A DNA stretch of 64,000 nt, from contig CAXXUK010000001.1 of the NCBI GenBank assembly GCA_963665125.2, positions 1 to 64,000 of the forward strand, given 5' to 3'. Shown piece by piece: positions 43,023 through 50,463 of this stretch (positions within the stretch are counted from its first letter, which is position 1; the number at the start of each line of letters is the position of its first letter). The notes under the pieces were generated by a model, which worked only from the letters and a program-made list of their open reading frames with translations, did no database searches and had not been told where the DNA came from. A program made the translations under genes and the position numbers. This DNA is from an uncultured Desulfarculus sp. Its GTDB lineage: Bacteria > Desulfobacterota > Desulfarculia > Desulfarculales > Desulfarculaceae.

Positions 43023-43887
43023 ACTCCTCAAATGAATTATCTAAAAACGCCAGAGTCGCGTCAAACTCCCTGCTCAGCAGCTCCAGCACATCGTTGTTGT
43101 GATGGCGGATTTCATTGTTTTCCTTGAGTGCGGCCAGGGAAAACCACTGCCAGGTTACATCCCGCACGGTGAATCGCCGCTGCAATAGGTGCTCGGGCGG
43201 TACGTCGATCTTCACAGGGCAATAGATGAAGTGATAGCGGGCAAACCTGCCATATTTGACGATCTTTTCCTTATCCGCCGTTTCCTTGATGGTGGAGCTT
43301 TTTAGCCTATCGTTGGCCGGATCATAGGCCAGGGTGATACTGGCGGCCGGGATGGCCAGGCGCTCGGCCAAGAGCATGCGCAGCTTTGCCTCCACGTCAT
43401 CGCCCTGGGGCGTGTTCACGTTGGGGAAGAGCAGCATCTGCCAGTCCGAGCTGAAATAGTTCAACAGTAGCGGCGTACCGTCCGTTCCTCTCGCCTTGAT
43501 GAAAAACACCACTTTATAGACCTGCCGAACCGTGGAGGCGTCGCCCACCCCGCGCTCGCCCACATACAGTCCCAGCTTTGCCTGGAAATCGGCCAAGGGC
43601 AGGGACGGATCGGTTAGGTGGTCGGCTGAGATTCCGTCAGGTTCAAAACAATACGCGGCGATCTCGGCCATGGTCCGGGCGCTGCGTTTTACGTTCTTCC
43701 CCTGAAGCCGTTTTTTGAAGGTGTCAAACTCGATGCCCATGCATTTGGCATACTTGGCGTCGTCGTGAATCCTGGCTAGCTCCTTTGCTGAAGCCATCAT
43801 CCGCTCATGGGCCGTTACTTGGCCTATACCTTCTTTCCTTATCAATGCGCCGAGTTTGTCGGCGAAAAGCTTCCCTTCGTCGTTCAT
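43009..43887 (-). CDS. Hypothetical protein: N-terminal HTH-like region plus Nudix-fold-like C-terminal domain
   Basis: 292-aa ORF with GGAG RBS; LLNYFSSDWQMLLFPN and WQWFSLAAL...NNDVL patterns; family call by recollection only. Confidence 0.55.
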   Translation of the reverse strand: MNDEGKLFADKLGALIRKEGIGQVTAHERMMASAKELARIHDDAKYAKCMGIEFDTFKKRLQGKNVKRSARTMAEIAAYCFEPDGISADHLTDPSLPLADFQAKLGLYVGERGVGDASTVRQVYKVVFFIKARGTDGTPLLLNYFSSDWQMLLFPNVNTPQGDDVEAKLRMLLAERLAIPAASITLAYDPANDRLKSSTIKETADKEKIVKYGRFARYHFIYCPVKIDVPPEHLLQRRFTVRDVTWQWFSLAALKENNEIRHHNNDVLELLSREFDATLAFLDNSFEEFIGD

Positions 43888-43984
43888 TGCTCCCCCCATA
43901 CCTCCCCCAGGTTCCCCCAAGGCTCCGCGCGAGAAAAATCACGCGGCTCTACTCTTGGATCAACCCAAGCGGAGGTGAAACACG

Positions 43985-44335
43985 ATGCTCAATCCAAACG
44001 AGACCCGACACGATAACCCACGGCCCGCCCAGGGGCAAGCCCGGAGGCGTCCCTGCCGTCTGGCTCATCCTCCCCGGCGTCTGCCGCCCCTTTCCCTGCA
44101 CGCCCGCCGCCGCGCCAAGCAGCGTGACATTTCCCCTGAGGCCATCCGTGCCGCATTCGATCACGGCACCCGCGCCATTAAAAGTAACGCCTATTATTTT
44201 CAGCTTCGGGACAAAGACGTGGTCCGCGTGGGCCTGCCGGACCTGGCCCGCTGGATCGGCACCACTGTGGTGGTCAGCCTGGACCGCCGCGCCGTGCTTA
44301 CCGTCTTCAATGTCCTGGCCGCCCACGCCGCCTGA
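43985..44335 (+). CDS. DUF4258-like (BECR-fold) protein
   Basis: GGAGGTG RBS; SLHARRRAKQRDIS...AVLTVF pattern. Confidence 0.65.
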   Translation: MLNPNETRHDNPRPAQGQARRRPCRLAHPPRRLPPLSLHARRRAKQRDISPEAIRAAFDHGTRAIKSNAYYFQLRDKDVVRVGLPDLARWIGTTVVVSLDRRAVLTVFNVLAAHAA

Positions 44336-44348
44336 AACGGAGGAAGCC

Positions 44349-44906
44349 ATGTTTTTAAGCCGCAAAAAGCCCCGCGCCCTGCCCCTGGCAGGCGGCAACT
44401 CCAACCCCAAACCCAAGGCGACCCAGTGGAGCCAGGCTGATCTGCCCTCGGGCCTGCTCACCGACTCCCTGAATCATTTCCGCCGGGCGCACAAGGACTC
44501 CCTGCGGGAAATCTACATCTCCAGTCAGGCGGCAGCGCCCCTTTGCCAGGCCAATGTGGATAGCGCCAAAGCCATGATGTGCGCCCTGATCGAGCAAGCG
44601 GCCCATGACTTTCAGGCCCAGGCTCAGAGCTTGAACCACGAGGCGGCCGCCCTGCTGGCCCAGGTGGAACTGAGCCCGGAGCATATGGAGGCACTGCGGG
44701 TCGAACGCGAGGCCAAGCCCGAGCCCTCGCCCCGCTTGAGCGAGGGTGCTTCGGCCAAGACCCTGCCTGAAGCTCCGGCCAAGCGCCGGGGTAGGCCCAA
44801 GAAGCAACTGGCCCAGCAGGCCAAACCAGTCAGGCCCGACGATGACCTGCGCTATGAGGAATCCACGCCCCTTGAAACCGGCCGCAAAGCAGGAGGTGAC
44901 CGATGA
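44349..44906 (+). CDS. Hypothetical helical protein with AT-hook motif
   Basis: GGAGG RBS; KRRGRPKK; stop overlaps next start. Confidence 0.65.
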   Translation: MFLSRKKPRALPLAGGNSNPKPKATQWSQADLPSGLLTDSLNHFRRAHKDSLREIYISSQAAAPLCQANVDSAKAMMCALIEQAAHDFQAQAQSLNHEAAALLAQVELSPEHMEALRVEREAKPEPSPRLSEGASAKTLPEAPAKRRGRPKKQLAQQAKPVRPDDDLRYEESTPLETGRKAGGDR

Positions 44907-45898
44907 GCAAGCAGACCACGACTGAATCCGGCCCCCAAAGCGGGCTGCACGGTGAACTGAAGTTGGCCGAGGCCAGGTTGCTGCCCGCCCGCCTGCGGGT
45001 GATGGTGGCGGGAATGATCCTGGCCGTGACCATTCCCCTGGAGTGGGCCTTCGGCTTTGACTTTTTCGCCGAGTTCGGCAGGGACGCCCTGGGCGAGATA
45101 GGCGGTTTTGATCTGGCCATAGCGGCGCTAAAGGGGCTGATGCTGCTTAGCGCGGTGGTGATCCTCAAATACGCCTTGCAGGCTCTGAGCGCCGATGCGC
45201 GCAAAAAGCTGTTCTGGACCGCCGGGGCTCTCACCGTGGTCATGCTGCTGGGCGTGGGCCTGGCCCGGAACGACTTGATGCATCTGCGCCATCTGGAGCT
45301 GGGCGGCAGCGGCGAGATAGCCGTCGACGCCGAGTTGGCTGCTCTGGGCCTGGAGACGCAGGCGAACGAATCTGCTCAGAGCCTGGCCGACACACCCACT
45401 GCGGCCGACCTGCAAAACGATCTGCTCAGCCACACCGCCTTTCTGGCCATGGCCTACATCCTGATAAGCCTGGGCAGCGCCGTGTGCCTGGTGGAAATCC
45501 TGGAGCAGTGGCCCAGCCTGAAGATGCTGGCCTTTGTGCGCGGCCGCCTGCAAATCCTGGAGCGCATCGCCGTGTTGCAGCGGGCCGCCGCCGAAGCCGC
45601 TCTAGCCGCCGAGACCATCGGGCGCAACCGCTTGGTCTTGATGCGGGCGGCCCAGGACATGATCATCCGCGCCCATCTCGACGGCCTGTCCTACGTGCCC
45701 TGGTGGCGCAATGTATTCGAGATGTATCACCTCGCCGACAGCGCCAAGTTCAACAAAAAGCAGGTCTACGGCCTGCGCTGGATGCGCGCTGTGAACATCG
45801 AGGCGGCGGACAAGAAAGAGGCCGCCTGCCTGGAGGCGCTCAAGGCCCTGAAGCTCGTCGAACCCGAACCCCAGCCCACGGAGGCCGACCATGACTAA
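44903..45898 (+). CDS. Membrane protein, about 4 TM plus coiled coil
   Basis: Hydrophobic segments, AGGAGGT RBS, ATGA coupling. Confidence 0.75.
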   Translation: MSKQTTTESGPQSGLHGELKLAEARLLPARLRVMVAGMILAVTIPLEWAFGFDFFAEFGRDALGEIGGFDLAIAALKGLMLLSAVVILKYALQALSADARKKLFWTAGALTVVMLLGVGLARNDLMHLRHLELGGSGEIAVDAELAALGLETQANESAQSLADTPTAADLQNDLLSHTAFLAMAYILISLGSAVCLVEILEQWPSLKMLAFVRGRLQILERIAVLQRAAAEAALAAETIGRNRLVLMRAAQDMIIRAHLDGLSYVPWWRNVFEMYHLADSAKFNKKQVYGLRWMRAVNIEAADKKEAACLEALKALKLVEPEPQPTEADHD

Positions 45899-46559
45899 GA
45901 AAACAATACTTGTCCTGCTGATGACCCTGTGCCTGGCCGAGCCTGTGGCCGCCCGAGGCAAGACCGTGATCGTGCTGCTGGACCTCAGCGGCAGCACGGC
46001 CCACATCACCAGCGGCTCGTTCGCGGCCAAGGCTGGGGCATACGTGGCCCGCCAGGTGGCCGGGTTGCCCCTGGGCTCGCGGGTCAGCCTGCGCACCTTT
46101 GGCCAGGCCGACGCTACAGCCAACGGCCTGGCTCTGGACTACACCTTGACCAAGCGGCGGGGGCAAAAACCCCGAGAGGTGGCTACCAAGCTGGCCAAAG
46201 TTCTGGCCGCCGTGCCCAAGCTGGCCGCCAGCGGCAAGCTCAAGGTTCAGGACCGGACCCAGATCATCCGCGCCCTTTACGACCTCTCAAGCCTGGTCAG
46301 GGGCGGCGAGGCCCGTCTGATCATCATCAGCGACATGCTCGAATACAGCCCGGACGCCAACTGCTACCGTCTGGCCGCTTACAACTCCGGTGGGTTGCCA
46401 GCGCCGCCCGCCGGGCTCTTGGCCGGTACCCGAGTTTTGGCCATTGGTTGCGGCTATGGCCTCAATACCGCCGCCCAGAGCCGCCGCTTGAAGGAGCTTT
46501 GGTCCCGCTGGTTTGAGCAGGCCGGTGCGGCTGAATTCGTGGCCATCCCCAGGCTGTAA
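45891..46559 (+). CDS. Exported vWA-domain protein
   Basis: Signal peptide; MIDAS motif DLSGS, T, SD. Confidence 0.75.
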   Translation: MTKKTILVLLMTLCLAEPVAARGKTVIVLLDLSGSTAHITSGSFAAKAGAYVARQVAGLPLGSRVSLRTFGQADATANGLALDYTLTKRRGQKPREVATKLAKVLAAVPKLAASGKLKVQDRTQIIRALYDLSSLVRGGEARLIIISDMLEYSPDANCYRLAAYNSGGLPAPPAGLLAGTRVLAIGCGYGLNTAAQSRRLKELWSRWFEQAGAAEFVAIPRL

Positions 46560-46569
46560 GGAGGCGGAC

Positions 46570-46917
46570 ATGAGTATGAAACAGTTTATGCGCGGCATGG
46601 TCACCGGCGTCGCGCCGGTAAAGCAGGCCACCGAGGAACAACGGGAAAAGCTGCGCAAGGTGGGCATTAAGCCCGCCATGAGTCTGACTCAGGATCAGGC
46701 CACCAAGCTGCTCAAGGATTACCACAGCGCCAAGCAGATGGAACTGAGCAACGAACTGCTGAGCTTGAGGGTGCGTGACGCCAAGCAGGCGCGCAAAGAA
46801 AGAAAAAAACGCCAGGAGGAGGCTCGAAATCGCGCCGCCCAATTGGATCAAGACCGCAAGGAGCGGGAGGCCAAACAAGAACTGGCCAGAAACAACGGTC
46901 CGGAACTGGAGCGATGA
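46570..46917 (+). CDS. Charged coiled-coil hypothetical protein
   Basis: AAGGAGG RBS; K/R/E-rich helix. Confidence 0.65.
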   Translation: MSMKQFMRGMVTGVAPVKQATEEQREKLRKVGIKPAMSLTQDQATKLLKDYHSAKQMELSNELLSLRVRDAKQARKERKKRQEEARNRAAQLDQDRKEREAKQELARNNGPELER

Positions 46918-47195
46918 AGATGAAAGATTTTCTGAGCAAGACGTACCGAGGACTCTACCGCGTGGGCCTGTGGCTGCTGGCGCGGCGAAAGCTTGCCGTA
47001 CCCGTGGGCGTATGCCTTTTGATCTGGCTGGCCGTGCAGACCGGTTGGTTCGCCCGGCTGACCAACACCGTGGCCGCTGGAGCCATAAGCGTGCTGGACA
47101 GCCTCATGGCCGCCCTGGTCAGCGTGGCCGGACCGCTCATCGCCTTGTGGTTGATCTGGGCGGCTGTCAAGCGGCTCTTCGGCGGCAAATGGTAA
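46914..47195 (+). CDS. Small 2-TM membrane protein
   Basis: Two hydrophobic segments, basic C-terminus, ATGA coupling. Confidence 0.7.
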   Translation: MKMKDFLSKTYRGLYRVGLWLLARRKLAVPVGVCLLIWLAVQTGWFARLTNTVAAGAISVLDSLMAALVSVAGPLIALWLIWAAVKRLFGGKW

Positions 47196-47231
47196 CGATT
47201 TGCTATAATTGGCGGGCCATTAACCCGCCAA

Positions 47232-48674
47232 ATGATCCGCCGATTTTTCCACGAATTACTAGGCCGCGAAGACCCGGCCAAGAGGAGCAGCATGGCCCGC
47301 GCCAGATTCATGAGCAAATGGGATGTCCCCCAAATCCTCAACAAAATAGAGGATGGGATACGCTTTGCCCCCGGCCGTTTTCTGAATGTAGCTAACTCCT
47401 GCAAGAACGCTGTCATCGTGGGCACGGTGGGATCGGGCAAATCCAGCACCCAGATCATCCCCAACCTGCTGGAGGTGGACGCCAACTTTGTGGTCACCGA
47501 CCTGGCCGGAGAGCTGTTCATGAAGACCAGCGGTTGGCTGGAATCCCAAGGCTACACCGTCTATAAACTGGACTTCGAGAATCCGCAGGACTCGCACGGT
47601 TTCAATCCCCTGCTTCGCAACCGTGGCGATCATCACGCCCTGCAACGCATGGCCGCCAGCATCGTGGACCATGCCTACCCCAAGGAGCAGAGCTTCTGGA
47701 CCTCGGACGCCAAGGCCCTGATCAATATTGTCTTCCGAGCCCTTGCCAACTACATGCTCGAAGAATACAACGAAGAAGGCGAGGTGGTAGAAGTCCTTGC
47801 CAAAAACCACATCAACTTCTCAAACGCCGAATACCTGTGCAATGGCGTGGGCCACAAACCGGTGAATGACTTCATCGCAGAACACCTGGACGATGACCAG
47901 CTTTTCGCCAAGTACCGGGCCATATGCAACTATGGCGATAATCAGCGTTCGGGAGTGACCGCCACGGCCTCGGCCGCGCTGGCTCCGTTCAATGATCCGG
48001 CCACGGCCCGCATCACCTGCCACGACGATCTTGATTTGAGCAAATTCGACCTGGGCAAGGCCGTGCTTTACATCTGCGTGCCGGAAAACAAGCAGGCCTA
48101 TTACTCGCTGATCATCAGTCTCATCGCCGAGGCTATATTCGACGCGCTCATGGCCCGGCCCGTGGAAGGCTCCGACGCCTACAAAGGGCTCCGTTTCACC
48201 CTTCTGGCCTTGGACGAATTCGGCCAACTATATCTACCGACATTTCCGGCCGTTTGCACAACCCTCAGAAAACGCAAATGCGGCATCATGATCGCCCTTC
48301 AGGACTTTGGCCAGCTCACCGACAAGTACGGCCAGGCAGCCGCCCGGACCATGCTTTCGGGCGGCCTGGTCAGCAAGCTTGTCCTGCCGGGCCTTGGCGT
48401 GGAGACGTGCGAGGCGGTGAGCCGCTCTCTGGGCCAGACCACGATGCAAGACAACAACACGGGCCGAAGCGTCAGCGAGCCGCTGATGTACCCCGATGAA
48501 ATCCGCATGCTCGAGCAAAACCAGGCAGTGCTCATCCACGGTAACAAACCGCCGATCCAGCTTGAAAACGTCCTGCCATATTTCCAGGAAAACAAGCTCA
48601 AGAAACGCTCGAAGATGCCCCCGGCTGCCATCAAGGCCGAGGAGCACGAGCCTAAATTGCTGAAGTTGGCCTGA
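47232..48674 (+). CDS. VirD4/TraG-like type IV coupling protein
   Basis: Walker A GTVGSGKS, FNPL, FW, Walker B LDEF, LRK, LQDFGQL...YG, PLMYPDEIR. Confidence 0.9.
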   Translation: MIRRFFHELLGREDPAKRSSMARARFMSKWDVPQILNKIEDGIRFAPGRFLNVANSCKNAVIVGTVGSGKSSTQIIPNLLEVDANFVVTDLAGELFMKTSGWLESQGYTVYKLDFENPQDSHGFNPLLRNRGDHHALQRMAASIVDHAYPKEQSFWTSDAKALINIVFRALANYMLEEYNEEGEVVEVLAKNHINFSNAEYLCNGVGHKPVNDFIAEHLDDDQLFAKYRAICNYGDNQRSGVTATASAALAPFNDPATARITCHDDLDLSKFDLGKAVLYICVPENKQAYYSLIISLIAEAIFDALMARPVEGSDAYKGLRFTLLALDEFGQLYLPTFPAVCTTLRKRKCGIMIALQDFGQLTDKYGQAAARTMLSGGLVSKLVLPGLGVETCEAVSRSLGQTTMQDNNTGRSVSEPLMYPDEIRMLEQNQAVLIHGNKPPIQLENVLPYFQENKLKKRSKMPPAAIKAEEHEPKLLKLA

Positions 48675-48719
48675 TGAAACGCAATCTTTTCCGCCGAACT
48701 TTGAAAGGATGAGTGCCGG

Positions 48720-49082
48720 ATGCTTGATGTCTTATATGCCGAACTTGGCCGACCGGTCACGGTGGAGCAGTTGGCCGAATACTTGGAGGTTGACGCCGAC
48801 TACGTCAGAAAGCATCATAAAGCATTCGGTGGAATCCGCCCTCCAGGGGGACGACGCATCTGGTTTTTCGAGAACCTGATTGCCGAGTCCGTAAGGAGGG
48901 CCTTAGATGGCGACCAAAATAACGAAGAAAGGAAAGACTCGCTGGTACGCGAGGGTTCAGAAGGACGGCAGGATCAAGACGAAGCTGTGCCGCTCCAGGG
49001 CCGAGGCTCTGGAGTGGGAGGCCAATCTCAGAGGAACGGAGGATTGGGGTCAGACCCCCATCGACTCCTTGACTCTGCATGA
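48720..49082 (+). CDS. Excisionase-like HTH protein
   Basis: TVEQLAEYLEVDADYVRK wHTH; overlaps integrase 5' end. Confidence 0.65.
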   Translation: MLDVLYAELGRPVTVEQLAEYLEVDADYVRKHHKAFGGIRPPGGRRIWFFENLIAESVRRALDGDQNNEERKDSLVREGSEGRQDQDEAVPLQGRGSGVGGQSQRNGGLGSDPHRLLDSA

Positions 49083-49989
49083 ATGGGCCAGCAAGTACCT
49101 GGACCATGCCCAACTCAGGTTTTCGCCCAAAACCTATCAGGAGAAACGGGCATTATTCAAACGTTTGCTCGAAACAATGGGACCGCAGAAGACGGTGGTC
49201 AGTATGACCCCCAAAACCGTTCTGGGCTTCCTGATGAAACAATCGGGCAAACGCTCGGGCTGCTCGCTCAACAAGGACCGCAAAAACATCCAGGCTGCCT
49301 GGAACTGGGGCGTCAAGTATCTTGGCCTGCCCTATTTCAACCCGGCGGCCGTGGTGGAGCGGTTCCCGGAGCAACGCAGACCCCGCTATGTGCCGCCCGA
49401 GGAGGACTTCTGGAAGGTCTTTGACCTGGCGGAAGGCCAGGACAAGGTCATGCTGGCCGTGGCGCTGTACACGGCGGCCCGCAGGGGTGAGATTTTCCGG
49501 CTCACCTGGCCGGATGTGGATTTCAGTCAGAACCGCATCCGGCTCTACACCAGGAAACGCCGGGATGGCAGCCTTGAGTTCGACTGGCTGCCCCTGGCCG
49601 GAGAGCTTAGGGATTACCTGCGCTGGTGGTGGGAACACCGCCCCTTCAAACGCTCGCCCCATGTTTTCGCAGTGGAAGATGAAGGACAGGCAGGCACCGG
49701 GTATCTGGGAGAGCCTTTCAAGGTCAGAAGAACTTTTCTGAAGAAGCTCTGTGAAAAAGCTGAAGTCTACCCCTTCGGCTTCCATGGCATACGCCACCTG
49801 ACTGCGACGATCCTTTATCAGAAGGGCTACCCCGTGGCGGTAATCCAGTTGATTCTGCGGCATAAGAACGCCACAACCACCACCCGCTATTTGCACAGCC
49901 TGGGGGTGGAGGAGGTCAGGCCCGCTCTGGAGAGCCTGGGCAGGCAAAAAGCGGACGTGATCCGGCTGCCGGAGAGGCAGCGGCTGTAG
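48907..49989 (+). CDS. Tyrosine integrase adjacent to tRNA-Glu
   Basis: N-terminal arm-binding-like region, TAARRGE, FHGIRH, LRHKNATTTTRY. Confidence 0.95.
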   Translation: MATKITKKGKTRWYARVQKDGRIKTKLCRSRAEALEWEANLRGTEDWGQTPIDSLTLHEWASKYLDHAQLRFSPKTYQEKRALFKRLLETMGPQKTVVSMTPKTVLGFLMKQSGKRSGCSLNKDRKNIQAAWNWGVKYLGLPYFNPAAVVERFPEQRRPRYVPPEEDFWKVFDLAEGQDKVMLAVALYTAARRGEIFRLTWPDVDFSQNRIRLYTRKRRDGSLEFDWLPLAGELRDYLRWWWEHRPFKRSPHVFAVEDEGQAGTGYLGEPFKVRRTFLKKLCEKAEVYPFGFHGIRHLTATILYQKGYPVAVIQLILRHKNATTTTRYLHSLGVEEVRPALESLGRQKADVIRLPERQRL

Positions 49990-50026
49990 CCTGGCTGTAG
50001 TCAAACTGTAGTCAGAACTGTAGTCA
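49984..50026 (+). repeat. Four CTGTAG(TCA) direct repeats, candidate integrase arm sites
   Basis: CTGTAG at 49984, 49995, 50006, 50018. Confidence 0.7.
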
Positions 50027-50063
50027 AAGAAAAACGGGCCAGCCCGCGAAGAGCTAACCCGTT
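50026..50063 (-). terminator. Terminator downstream of the tRNA pair
   Basis: Minus strand AACGGGTTAGCT...GGCTGGCCCGTT then TTTCTTT. Confidence 0.7.
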
Positions 50064-50071
50064 GATATCGT

Positions 50072-50149
<78 letters not shown>

Positions 50150-50165
50150 GTTTATAACAATATGT

Positions 50166-50241
50166 TGGTGGGCCGTGCGTGGATCGAACACGCGACTCTC
50201 TGCTTAAAAGGCAGATACTCTACCGGCTGAGTTAACGGCCC
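50166..50241 (-). tRNA. tRNA-Lys(TTT)
   Basis: GGGCCGTTAACTCAG..., TCTGC-CT-TTT-AA-GCAGA, TGTTCGATCC, CCA end. Confidence 0.97.
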
Positions 50242-50259
50242 ACGCCAAACGGCCAAGGT

Positions 50260-50288
50260 TAATTACCATGGAGCCCTCATAGTGTCAA
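50260..50288 (-). promoter_or_regulatory. Sigma70-type promoter of the tRNA pair
   Basis: Perfect TTGACA, then 17 nt to TAATTA on minus strand. Confidence 0.6.
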
Positions 50289-50463
50289 GACCGTGGAGGG
50301 CGGTTGTTTAATCCTTGGTTCCATTGTTCTACACTATATACCATAAATCTGTATCTTGCCTCTCAATGCCGCATGGACACGGCATTGCAATGACATGGTG
50401 TATTATGCTAATGAAAAACCAGTATCCCAGGTCTCTATTACTGTTATTAAGGAGCCGTCATAG

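Larger units (their letters stand above)
40829..50071. mobile_element. Integrative element anchored at the tRNA-Glu 3' end; left boundary not in this block
   Basis: int/xis next to tRNA, arm-like repeats, coupling protein, CRISPR cargo; no duplicate of the tRNA 3' end found by eye. Confidence 0.7.

Noticed and set aside
46914..47195. Inovirus coat- or pilin-like look of the 2-TM protein
   Set aside because: No Zot-like ATPase, replication protein or VirB genes nearby; resemblance is only compositional.
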